From Planctomycetota bacterium (GTDB lineage: Bacteria > Planctomycetota > SZUA-567 > H5-PLA8), in assembly GCA_045863855.1 (NCBI GenBank), contig BTVV01000088.1, positions 1 to 25,594 on the forward strand: a stretch of DNA of 25,594 nucleotides, written 5' to 3'. Below are positions 14,913 to 23,190 of this stretch, piece after piece. A program made the position numbers and the translations under genes. The notes under the pieces were generated by a model. The model was not told the DNA's origin. It saw only the letters and a program-made list of their open reading frames with translations, and did not search any database. Position 1 is the first letter of the stretch. Each line of letters opens with the position of its first letter.

Positions 14913-16223
14913 ATGGCGGTGCAACCAGGATTCTCGATCGTCTTTTTGGGCCGTTTTCCGGGCAAGGACCGGGCGGTAGCGCAGGCATTGGCTCAGGCTT
15001 TCGGCCGCGACGACAACTGGGGTCTGCAGATCGTCGGCGCTTCGCCGATCCATGTGTTGACGGGATTGACGGCTCCGCAGGCACAAGCGATTTACGAAGC
15101 GCTGGTGGAAGTGGAAAAGGTTGGCTGCCGCTTCAAGATCGTCGATCATTTGGATCCCGCGCTTCCGCTGGTGAACCAACCCGCGGACTGCAAGATATTC
15201 GGCCGGACGGTCGGCAGCTTCGGGATGATCGCGCGCCCTCGTTCGAGCACCAGCGCGAACGCGATCGCGGTCACCGAAGTGGTTTTGCCTTGCCCGTATA
15301 CGGGCCAGCCGATGGTCCTGAAGTTGATCTTGTCGCGAGCCGACGAAGGCGGCGCACCGCAACTGGGCGTATCCGCGGCGCCCGCGCGCGGCGCGACGCC
15401 GGTGCCGGGTTCCACGGCGGTGCCGACTCGCGGTCCAGCGGCGCCGATTCCGATTCCGATTCCCAAGCCGGCGGCCGCGCAAGGCGCGACGCCGGTTCCG
15501 ATCCCGCTGCCCGCGGCGACGCCGATTCCGCTGCCCGCGGCGAGCGCCACGCCGGTTTCGTCGCCGGCTGCGGGCCGCCCGAGCGCGCCGGGGCGTCCGG
15601 GTCCGCGCAACGATGCGGCGGCGCTGGAACCCATCGACGTCGAACTGGAAGAACTTCATCCGGCCCGTCCGGAGACGCCCAGCAGCGTGATTCCGCTGCC
15701 CGAAGTGCCTGTGGTGGAAAGCATGCCCATGCCGATGCCGGCGGCGCATGCGAGCACTTCCGCTTCGCTGGCCGGGCCGCAAGACCCGCGCATCAAGGGG
15801 CCGATGGCGCTCGAGGATTTCGAAGCGGGACTCAAGATGGGGCCGTCCGATGTGGCGCCCGCACCGTCGGGGCCGGACATCCAGCCGGGAGCGCGTCAGG
15901 CGCCCGCGCGGAGTCCGGGCATGGCGCGCACGCGGCAGCCTTCGCCGCAGGTGCCGATGCCGCAAGCGGCCGCCGCGCCGGAACTGGAACCCATCGACGA
16001 CGACCCGGACTCGCTCTGCAGCATTTTCATCAGCCGCACCAGCAAGCCGGAGGTCCACGAACTCGTCGCGGAGATCCAGGGCATCACCACCGAGGAAGCG
16101 CAGCGGCATTGCCAGAAGGCCGTGGTGCCGATCGTGAAGAACATCCCCGTCGCCGAAGCCGACGCGATCCGCCAGCGCTTCAAAGAGATCAACGTGAATC
16201 CGCGCGTGGTGGTGAAGCGCTAA
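14913..16223 (+). CDS. protein with N- and C-terminal L7/L12-CTD (ClpS-like fold)-like domains and a long Pro-rich linker
   Basis: The C-terminus KPEVHELVAEIQGITTEEAQRHCQKAVVPIVKNIPVAEADAIRQRFKEINVNPRV follows the bL12 CTD pattern. The N-terminus …IVGASPIHVLTGLTAPQAQAIYEAL…VGCRFKI matches more weakly. Confidence 0.75.
   Translation: MAVQPGFSIVFLGRFPGKDRAVAQALAQAFGRDDNWGLQIVGASPIHVLTGLTAPQAQAIYEALVEVEKVGCRFKIVDHLDPALPLVNQPADCKIFGRTVGSFGMIARPRSSTSANAIAVTEVVLPCPYTGQPMVLKLILSRADEGGAPQLGVSAAPARGATPVPGSTAVPTRGPAAPIPIPIPKPAAAQGATPVPIPLPAATPIPLPAASATPVSSPAAGRPSAPGRPGPRNDAAALEPIDVELEELHPARPETPSSVIPLPEVPVVESMPMPMPAAHASTSASLAGPQDPRIKGPMALEDFEAGLKMGPSDVAPAPSGPDIQPGARQAPARSPGMARTRQPSPQVPMPQAAAAPELEPIDDDPDSLCSIFISRTSKPEVHELVAEIQGITTEEAQRHCQKAVVPIVKNIPVAEADAIRQRFKEINVNPRVVVKR
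15385..15560 (+). repeat. intragenic low-complexity repeats (ATPV/IP, PIPIPIP)
   Basis: GCGACGCCG(G/A)T units recur, along with CCGATT x3 and a duplicated CCGCTGCCCGCGGCGA. Confidence 0.7.
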
Positions 16224-16230
16224 TCGAATC

Positions 16231-17061
16231 ATGAGTCCGGCGTTCGAGTACCTCCGCCGGCTCCTCCAAACCCGCTTGGACGTGATGCACGCGCAGGCGC
16301 TTGCCTGCGGCGGCGGTTTTCGCACGGCAGAACTTGTGGTGCCCACCCCGCGCCTGCTGCTCGCGCGCGCCGGCGCAGCGCGCTACGCGGTGGAAGGCCG
16401 TACGTTTCGTTTCGCGGCCGGCATGCTGCTGTGGGTTCCGGCCGGCGTGAGGCGCGGCTGGCACGTTCCGCGCGGCGGGCGCTTTTCCATGGCCTGGGTG
16501 GAGTACGCCGCGCTGGGACTGGGCCCCGCTTCGCGCCTGGAGCCCTATCTGCTGCGGCGTTCGGCGGACGCGGACTTGGACGCGGCTAGTCTGGCGCGGT
16601 TGCAGGATCTGGCCACGCGCGGCGGCGCGGCCCTGCAGGCCGAAGGCGAATTGAAGGCGCTGCTGGCGCGGTTCTTCTCGGGCTTCGGCGCGCGCATACG
16701 CAGGACAGGCAAGGAGCCCGCGGTTCGGCGAGGCGGCTCCGGCGCGCAGGGCATCGAGCGCGCGGTGGCGTGGCTGGGCGAACATTTCCGCGAGCCGGAT
16801 GCGCTGGAGGGTTTGCCGGATCGCGCGGACCTGAGCGCCAATCACTTCCGGCTGCTCTTCAAGCGCCAGACGGGGCTGAGCGCGCAGCGCTACATCCTGA
16901 CGCTGCGGATGCGCGCGGCGCGTAGCTTCCTGCAGGAGACGGACCTGGCGGTGAAGCAGGTGGCTCAAGCGGTGGGCTACCGCGATCCGCTCTATTTTTC
17001 GCGCCTGTACCGCGGATTCTGGAAACGCTGGCCAACGGAAGATCGTGCGTTTTCTCCATAA
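16231..17061 (+). CDS. AraC family transcriptional regulator
   Basis: Cupin-like N-terminus and a C-terminal double HTH: LSANHFRLLFKRQTGLS…LRMRAARSFL…VKQVAQAVGYRDPLYFSRLYR…PTEDR. Confidence 0.93.
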   Translation: MSPAFEYLRRLLQTRLDVMHAQALACGGGFRTAELVVPTPRLLLARAGAARYAVEGRTFRFAAGMLLWVPAGVRRGWHVPRGGRFSMAWVEYAALGLGPASRLEPYLLRRSADADLDAASLARLQDLATRGGAALQAEGELKALLARFFSGFGARIRRTGKEPAVRRGGSGAQGIERAVAWLGEHFREPDALEGLPDRADLSANHFRLLFKRQTGLSAQRYILTLRMRAARSFLQETDLAVKQVAQAVGYRDPLYFSRLYRGFWKRWPTEDRAFSP

Positions 17062-17109
17062 GATCGTGCATCGCCTCCATAGCTAACCCTCTACCCGGGA
17101 AGGTATCTT
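17040..17109 (+). promoter_or_regulatory. tandem 21-bp direct repeat (candidate AraC operator) with a downstream -10 element
   Basis: AGATCGTGCgttttCTCCATA (17040-17060) is followed directly by AGATCGTGCatcgcCTCCATA (17061-17081). TATCTT lies at 17104-17109. Confidence 0.7.
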
Positions 17110-17171
17110 GAGGGACGTAAGCGAAACGCATCGGTTTCGCGACGTTTCCTCCATCGACCGGGAGCTACCTC

Positions 17172-18686
17172 ATGTCCGCGCAGAACCGACCGCACACGCC
17201 GAACATCCTGCCCGCGCCGCGTCCGCTGCCGCGTTTTCTTCCCGATACGCCGCGTGAATCGGCCAGCATCGCCGAACCCGCCCGGCGCGTCTCGGTGCTG
17301 GCCGAATGCGACGTGGCCGTCCTGGGCGGCGGTCCGGCCGGAGTCTGCGCCGCGGTAGCCGCGGCGCGTTCCGGTGCGCGCACGATCATTGTCGAGCGCC
17401 ACGCGTACTTCGGCGGCATGGCCACCGCCGCGAACGTGAACATCTGGCATTCGCTCTGGTCGCAGACCTTCGAGCAGCAGGTGATCGGCGGGCTGGCGCA
17501 GGAGATCCTCGACCGGCTCGAAGCCATCGGCGCTATGCGCAACAACCGCCCCGACGGGCGAGGGATGTACACCATCTGCAGCGAGAGCACCAAACTCTGC
17601 TACGACGACATGATCGTGGGCTCGGGCGTGCGCGTGCTCCTGCATGCGTGGTTGGCCGGCGCGGCTACCGACGAGTACGGAAACATCACGGCCGCGATTC
17701 TGGAGACGAAATCCGGGCGCGGGGCGTTGCGCGCGAAGGTCTTCATCGACGCCACGGGCGACGCGGACCTCTGCGCGCGCGCCGGTGCGCCGACGAACGT
17801 CGGGGACGCCGCGGGACTGTGCCAGCCGCCGAGCCTGTGCTTTCGCGTGGGCGGGATCGACTTCAAAAAAGCCGAGGACGCGGGCGTTAACACGCGCACC
17901 ATCCAAGCCGAGCTCTTCAAAGGCACCATGGATTACAACGGCGGAAAGTATCCCACCTTCCTGTGGGGCACCAAGAGCGTCTGGCGCAAGGACGAGTACA
18001 TGTTCGCGGGCGTGCGCGTGCCCGGCGTGGTCTGCTCCAAGTGGGACGACTTCACGCGCGCGGAGATCGAAGGGCGATACCAGTTACGCTGGGTGATGGA
18101 GAATCTGCGGCGCTTCCCCGGCTACGAGAACTGCAGCCTGGTGGACATCGGGGCGCAGATCGGCGTGCGCGAGACGCGACGCATCGAAGGCGAATACACC
18201 GTCCAAGAGCACGAACTGCTCGAAGGGTACCGCTTCCACGACACCATCGCGCAGGGCACGTATCCGGTGGACATCCACAATCCCACCGGGCCGGGGATCG
18301 TTTTCCGCAAACTCGACGGCACCGAATACGAAGTGCAGGGGGACGGGACGGGCATCGGCCGGCGTTGGGACGGACAGCCCGAAGGCGCGCCGAAGAAGAC
18401 CACGCCGTGCTACTGCGTGCCTTACCGGTCGCTGATTCCGAAAGGTCTGAAGAACGTGCTGGCGGCGGGGCGCTGCATCTCCGCGACGCACGAAGCGGCC
18501 GGCGCGCTGCGGGTGATGATCAACGCGATGTCCTTCGGACATGCGGCGGGCGCGGCGGCGGCTCAAGCGGTGGCCCGCCACGGCGGCGCGGTGCGGGAGG
18601 TGGATGCCGCGGCGCTGCGCGAACACCTGATCCGCGACGGCGTGCCTTTGCTCCCCGTCGAACAGCCGGTCGGCGCGGCCGGATAA
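17172..18686 (+). CDS. FAD-dependent oxidoreductase (FAD_oxidored / PF12831-like)
   Basis: Motifs DVAVLGGGPAGVCAAVAAARSG, FIDATGDADL, IGVRETRRIEGEY, VPYRSLIP, AGRCISATHEA and ALRVM…GHAAG. A GGAG RBS is present. Confidence 0.93.
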   Translation: MSAQNRPHTPNILPAPRPLPRFLPDTPRESASIAEPARRVSVLAECDVAVLGGGPAGVCAAVAAARSGARTIIVERHAYFGGMATAANVNIWHSLWSQTFEQQVIGGLAQEILDRLEAIGAMRNNRPDGRGMYTICSESTKLCYDDMIVGSGVRVLLHAWLAGAATDEYGNITAAILETKSGRGALRAKVFIDATGDADLCARAGAPTNVGDAAGLCQPPSLCFRVGGIDFKKAEDAGVNTRTIQAELFKGTMDYNGGKYPTFLWGTKSVWRKDEYMFAGVRVPGVVCSKWDDFTRAEIEGRYQLRWVMENLRRFPGYENCSLVDIGAQIGVRETRRIEGEYTVQEHELLEGYRFHDTIAQGTYPVDIHNPTGPGIVFRKLDGTEYEVQGDGTGIGRRWDGQPEGAPKKTTPCYCVPYRSLIPKGLKNVLAAGRCISATHEAAGALRVMINAMSFGHAAGAAAAQAVARHGGAVREVDAAALREHLIRDGVPLLPVEQPVGAAG

Positions 18687-18695
18687 TGCCGCGGG

Positions 18696-21311
18696 CTATT
18701 TCTTCTTCGCCGCGGACTGGACTTCTTCGATGGCGGTCTTGAGGCGGGCGGCGAGGGCGTCGTCGAGTACGCTGGAAAAGCGCTTCTGGATCGTCGCCGA
18801 TTCGTCCACCTTGCCGGCTTGCCCCAGGATTCGGAGATACGCCTCCATTTGCTCCAGGATGACGAGCTGATTTTCGCGGCGGCGGTCGCGGTTCAGGCAG
18901 GCGACAAAACTCTTGGCGGCCTGCTCGTAGTCGTTGAGCTGGGTGGCGTAGAAGAGCCCTTCGGTGAGCAAGATGTGGGCTTCGATCTGCTGGCGCGGAC
19001 TCCCGGGCTCCTGGGGTGGCCAGGCACTGAGGCGCTTGCGCGCGTCGTCGAAGCGCGCATGCGCGAGCAGCGCTTCGATGGCATGGTACGCATCCTCTCG
19101 ATTCGGGGGCACGGCGGCCGAACCTTCGGCCTTGGGCATGCCTTGCAGCACCGCGTCGAGCTTCTCGACGTAAGGCAAGCTCTCGAAGCGCGCATCCTCG
19201 TGCGCCATGAGCTGAATGCGCCAGCGCAGCGAGCGCGGATCCTCCGGCGCGAGTTGCTCAAGTTTTGCGATCGTCTCCGCCAGCTTTTCGCGCTGCCCAA
19301 GGTTGTGCAGGCGTCCGGCCCGCGCCAGGAATGTCATGTATTCCGCCGCTTGAGCGGCTTCCAGAACTTTGTGCGCGGTACCGGGCAGATCTTTAAGTTC
19401 GAGCAACCGCTCGCGCATGCGGCGGACCGTGCCCGGCGTCTTCTCGCCGGCTTCCAGCGGAGCCAATGCGGCCAAGGCTTCCTCGAACCGTCCATTCCAG
19501 CCGAGCCATTCGGCTTCGAGCAGCGCGCGCTGATCGGCGGGCCAGGCGTCTTTGGCCGCTTCGAGCGCGGCCTTGGCGTCGTCCGGCTTGTTCAGGTTCA
19601 GCAGCGTGCGAAAGCGCCAAGCCTGCGCTTCGGGCGCGGCGGGAAGCTTGGCGAGAAACGCATCCGCGGCTTCCAGGGCGGCGGGCAGGTCGTCGGAGGC
19701 CGTGGCGATGGCGCAGCGCAGCGCCCAGGCGCCGGCGTGGAGCGGATCGATCTCCAGCGCGCGGTCGGCATGCTGCTTCGCGGGCAGCGGGGCACGATTC
19801 GCGAGGTACAGTTCGGCGAGCAGCGTGTGAGCGCCAGGATGTCCGGGCATCAAGGCCGCCGCGCGCGCGGCGGCTTCGAGCGCCGGACCGTGCGCGCCGG
19901 TGGCTTGCAGACGCCGCGCACGGCTCATGTTCGCCGGACCGAAGTGCGGAGAGCGCTTAAGCGCTTCGTCCAGCATCTTGAGCCCGAAATCGTTCGCTTC
20001 GCCCGGCGGCAGCGCGCCTTCCTGCCGCCAGAGGGTCTCGACGTTATGGGGATCCTGAAAAAGCACCGCGCGCACGTAAATATTCAGCGGCTGATCTTTC
20101 AGCCCGTGCAGGAGTTCGGCGGTCACGAGCGGCATGCCGGCGTATCCGCCGCTCATTTTGCCCGGCTCGGTATTCAGCAGTTCGAGGCCCGTGGCGGTCA
20201 GGTCGCGGTCGGTGATCTTTAGCGCTTCGATGCGCTTCTGCGCTTCGACCGATGGATTCGCGTTCAGGGCCGAAAGCACGCGTTGGACAAACGGGCGCGC
20301 GATCTCGCCCCACTTGCCTTTTTCCAGGACGGCTTCGGGCCCGCGGACCGGCGTTCCGGCCGGCGTGCAATACTCCATGCGGATCGTAAGCTTCCCGTCT
20401 TTCTGCTCCGCAACCAACTGCACCACCGCTTCCAACCCCACCAGATAGGGCTTAAGCGTTTCGAGTTGCTGCTTGAGCGGACCGGTGGCGGAGTTGGCCA
20501 GGTCGGGATCGAAGAGGCTTAAAGTATCCACCAAAGCCAGATCGCGGCGCAAGAGCGCCGTGAAAGCCGCGGCAGCTTGGCGCACTTCCGCGGGCGCCGA
20601 ATCGGCCTCGCGGTTTGGCCAGCCGGAAACAACAGCCACCCGAGTGGCGGCGATGCGCGGTTCCGGAAGCGGCTGAACGTGGGCGGGCCACGGGCAGGGA
20701 TCGGGCTTCAGCAACGGCGCCTTCAGCGGCAGCATGTCGGCGAGGGATTGCTTGCCCAGCTTGTTAATCGCGGTCTGTTCGGTCCGCGTCCGCGCTCGCG
20801 GAGGTTCCTGAAAGGTGTAGAGCGAAACCAGCTTGAAGACGCCCATGCCGAAGATGAGCACGACCACCCATAGGATGCGGCGCTGCCACGTTCGGGAAAT
20901 CAGGCGCTTGTTCTCGATCTTGCGCGCTTCGGCCTCCTGTCGCAGGCGTGCTTCGGCGAAGGCTTGCGCCTTGGCCAGCTTCTCCGCGTCGGTAAGTTCT
21001 GCGCCGTCGGAGCCTTCTTCGTCAGGGCTTTCTTCAGGCGGTTCGGCGGCAGCTTGGGGCTTAGGGGCCGGCGGCGTGCGCGCGTCCACGGGCTTGGCTT
21101 GGGCCTTCGGTGTGGCGGCCTTCGCAGCGGCTGCTTTCGGCTTACGCGCTACGTCCTCTGGATTGGGTTTGTCCGGCGCGGGTTTTGAGGGCGGTGCGGC
21201 CGTTGGTTTCCGTACCGGCGCGGAAGCCGCCGGCTTGGCCACGGCCTTGGCCGCGGCTTTGGGCTTGCCTGCGGCCGCGCTTGGTTTGGGCTTGGGTTTG
21301 TCTTCCGCCAT
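18696..21311 (-). CDS. membrane-anchored tetratricopeptide-repeat protein
   Basis: K/P/A-rich disordered N-terminus, then the TM segment ILWVVVLIFGMGVFKLVSL. TPR-like helices follow (ALKRSPHFGPA, AALMPGHPGAHTLLAELY, ALEIDPLHAGAW, LEQLAPEDPRS). Confidence 0.85.
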   Translation of the reverse strand: MAEDKPKPKPSAAAGKPKAAAKAVAKPAASAPVRKPTAAPPSKPAPDKPNPEDVARKPKAAAAKAATPKAQAKPVDARTPPAPKPQAAAEPPEESPDEEGSDGAELTDAEKLAKAQAFAEARLRQEAEARKIENKRLISRTWQRRILWVVVLIFGMGVFKLVSLYTFQEPPRARTRTEQTAINKLGKQSLADMLPLKAPLLKPDPCPWPAHVQPLPEPRIAATRVAVVSGWPNREADSAPAEVRQAAAAFTALLRRDLALVDTLSLFDPDLANSATGPLKQQLETLKPYLVGLEAVVQLVAEQKDGKLTIRMEYCTPAGTPVRGPEAVLEKGKWGEIARPFVQRVLSALNANPSVEAQKRIEALKITDRDLTATGLELLNTEPGKMSGGYAGMPLVTAELLHGLKDQPLNIYVRAVLFQDPHNVETLWRQEGALPPGEANDFGLKMLDEALKRSPHFGPANMSRARRLQATGAHGPALEAAARAAALMPGHPGAHTLLAELYLANRAPLPAKQHADRALEIDPLHAGAWALRCAIATASDDLPAALEAADAFLAKLPAAPEAQAWRFRTLLNLNKPDDAKAALEAAKDAWPADQRALLEAEWLGWNGRFEEALAALAPLEAGEKTPGTVRRMRERLLELKDLPGTAHKVLEAAQAAEYMTFLARAGRLHNLGQREKLAETIAKLEQLAPEDPRSLRWRIQLMAHEDARFESLPYVEKLDAVLQGMPKAEGSAAVPPNREDAYHAIEALLAHARFDDARKRLSAWPPQEPGSPRQQIEAHILLTEGLFYATQLNDYEQAAKSFVACLNRDRRRENQLVILEQMEAYLRILGQAGKVDESATIQKRFSSVLDDALAARLKTAIEEVQSAAKKK

Positions 21312-21370
21312 CGCGCCGCCCCCGTTCCGGCGAAGATCGCGGAAAGCCTAGCACACTTTCCGGGAAAGCT

Positions 21371-22582
21371 CTATCGCCAGCCCCGCTGCCTGCCCGAAAG
21401 ATGCTTCCAGGCCGAGTCGAGCGTCATGAGGCCGTACAGCACCCCGGCCACCGGGAGCGACCAGGAGTAGGAGCCGGGCAGTCCGAAGAAGCGCACCGCC
21501 GGGCGGTAGACGTCGGACATCAGGACGCACGCAACGATTCCCTTGGCGGTGATGCCTACGCAAAGCCCCAGCGCGCCGGGATCCAGGAGGCCCGTGCCGG
21601 CCTGAATGGCAAACATCGCGCCCGCGGCGATCGCCAGCGGCGGAAGCAGGAACATCACGAACAGCAGAAAGACGCACGCGCCGAGCTTCAACCACGAGTG
21701 ATTCAGTTCGGTGAACGCCGTGCGGCGGACCATCTTCCAGATGCTGTCGAGGGTTTCGTAGGCGCGCAGACTGCGCACGTCGTCGCGGCTGAGGGCCAGG
21801 CGGATCGGCCGGCCGGGGGCCTTGATGCGCCGCGCGAGGTTCACGTCGTCGATGATTTCGCCGCGAATGGCGGCCAGCCCGCCGGACTGTTGGAGTCCGT
21901 CGTGGTCCAGAAGCACGCACCCGCCGGCCGCCGCCGCGACGCGGTTCGCGGGGTGGTTCACCCAGCGCATCGGATACAGCAGGTTGAAGAAGAAGACGAA
22001 AGCGGGAATCAGCAGTCGTTCCGCGCCAGACGCGCAGCGCAGGAGCGCCATACGGCTGTTGAGCGCCAAACCGCCGGCGGCGCTTTCGGCCACCAGCCGG
22101 CGCAGCGAATGCGGCGCGTGGAGAATGTCGGCGTCGGTGAGGAGAAGGTACCTCGGCGGCGTCTTGCTCGCCGCGGCATGGCGCGCGGCCTGTTCCAGCG
22201 CCCAGACTTTGCCCACCCAGCCTTCGGGAAGCGCTTCGCCCTGCAACACGCTGAGTTTATGCGCGAGGGTGCGGTCGGCGGCCAGTTTGCGCGCGACGTC
22301 TGCCGTGCCGTCGGTGGACCGGTCGTCGACCAGAATGACGCGGAACGAACCCGGGTAATCCTGCTGCAAGAGCGCCGGCAGAGTGAGCGGCAAACTGTCG
22401 GCTTCGTTCCGCGCCGGGACCAGGATCGCGACGGGCGGCCATACGGTGGGCGCGGGCGGGGGCGATCCGTCCTCGGCCACAGGCTGGAAGTCCCATGCGC
22501 GCGCGGGATGGAATACGATCGCCAGCCAGATCAGGACGCCGATCAGCATCAGAGAGGCGAAAGCGATCAGGAGCAGAAACAT
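21371..22582 (-). CDS. hpnB: glycosyltransferase family 2, hopene-associated HpnB-like
   Basis: Motifs VPARNEA, LVDDRSTDGT, LPEGWVGKVWAL, LLTDADI, LIPAFVFFFNLLYP, AAAAGGCVL, IRGEIIDDVNLA and SLRAY…IWKMVRRTAFTEL, plus C-terminal TM segments. Confidence 0.8.
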   Translation of the reverse strand: MFLLLIAFASLMLIGVLIWLAIVFHPARAWDFQPVAEDGSPPPAPTVWPPVAILVPARNEADSLPLTLPALLQQDYPGSFRVILVDDRSTDGTADVARKLAADRTLAHKLSVLQGEALPEGWVGKVWALEQAARHAAASKTPPRYLLLTDADILHAPHSLRRLVAESAAGGLALNSRMALLRCASGAERLLIPAFVFFFNLLYPMRWVNHPANRVAAAAGGCVLLDHDGLQQSGGLAAIRGEIIDDVNLARRIKAPGRPIRLALSRDDVRSLRAYETLDSIWKMVRRTAFTELNHSWLKLGACVFLLFVMFLLPPLAIAAGAMFAIQAGTGLLDPGALGLCVGITAKGIVACVLMSDVYRPAVRFFGLPGSYSWSLPVAGVLYGLMTLDSAWKHLSGRQRGWR

Positions 22583-22623
22583 GCGCGCTCCGCGATGGCC
22601 GGGCTCGTGGCGGGCGAAGTCCG

Positions 22624-22671
22624 AAAACGAAGCGGCGCGGCGCAGAGTTCGAACTCCACGCCGCGCCGTTT
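22624..22671 (-). terminator. GC-rich hairpin with a short U-rich tail immediately after rpsJ
   Basis: On the minus strand, CGGCGCGGCG-tg-GAGT-tcga-ACTC-tg-CGCCGCGCCG is followed by CTTCGTTTT. It begins about 12 nt after the rpsJ stop. Confidence 0.6.
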
Positions 22672-22680
22672 ACGATGCGC

Positions 22681-22989
22681 TTAGTACGCTTTGATCTTGA
22701 TGTCCACGCCCACGGGCAGGCTCAGCTTGCCCAGCGCGCCGACGGTCTTGGTGGTGGGTTCGAGGATGTCGATCAAGCGCTTGTGCGTGCGAATCTCGAA
22801 CTGCTCGCGGGATTTCTTGTCCACGTGCGGGCTGCGCAGCACGGTGTACTTCTCCACGCGCGTGGGCAGCGGAATCGGACCGTGCACCTTGGCGCCCGTC
22901 GCCTTGGCGCGCTCGACGATCACCTGCGCCGACTGATCGAGCAACTCGTGGTCGTACGCTTCCATTCGAATGCGAATCTTCTCGGCCAT
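22681..22989 (-). CDS. rpsJ: 30S ribosomal protein S10 (uS10/NusE)
   Basis: [18 protein letters not shown]…GPIPLPT…[27 protein letters not shown]…[10 protein letters not shown], with an AAGGA RBS. Confidence 0.98.
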   Translation of the reverse strand: MAEKIRIRMEAYDHELLDQSAQVIVERAKATGAKVHGPIPLPTRVEKYTVLRSPHVDKKSREQFEIRTHKRLIDILEPTTKTVGALGKLSLPVGVDIKIKAY

Positions 22990-23190
22990 GGCTGTGCAAC
23001 GTTCCTTAAGTCAATGAGCTACCCGGGCCGGATCGGCCCTTCATCCTGCCGTCCGATCCCCACTCCGGGGTTGCGGTTGCCGGTCAGAGCCCGTCCATTA
23101 AGCCGCGTTACGGCGGGGAATCAAGTCGAGATCTTCTTGAATTCGGCGAGTCCTGCACCATGCGGCGATCCGAACGGATTTCGTGGGTTG

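Noticed and set aside
15385..15560. Repeats considered as a possible CRISPR or VNTR array
   Set aside because: They are in-frame codon repeats of a Pro-rich linker. There is no constant repeat with unique spacers, and no cas genes are present.
14813..16346. ORFs 14813-16234 (+) and 14895-16346 (-)
   Set aside because: They are shadows of 14913-16223, which has the host-like codon pattern and plausible domains.
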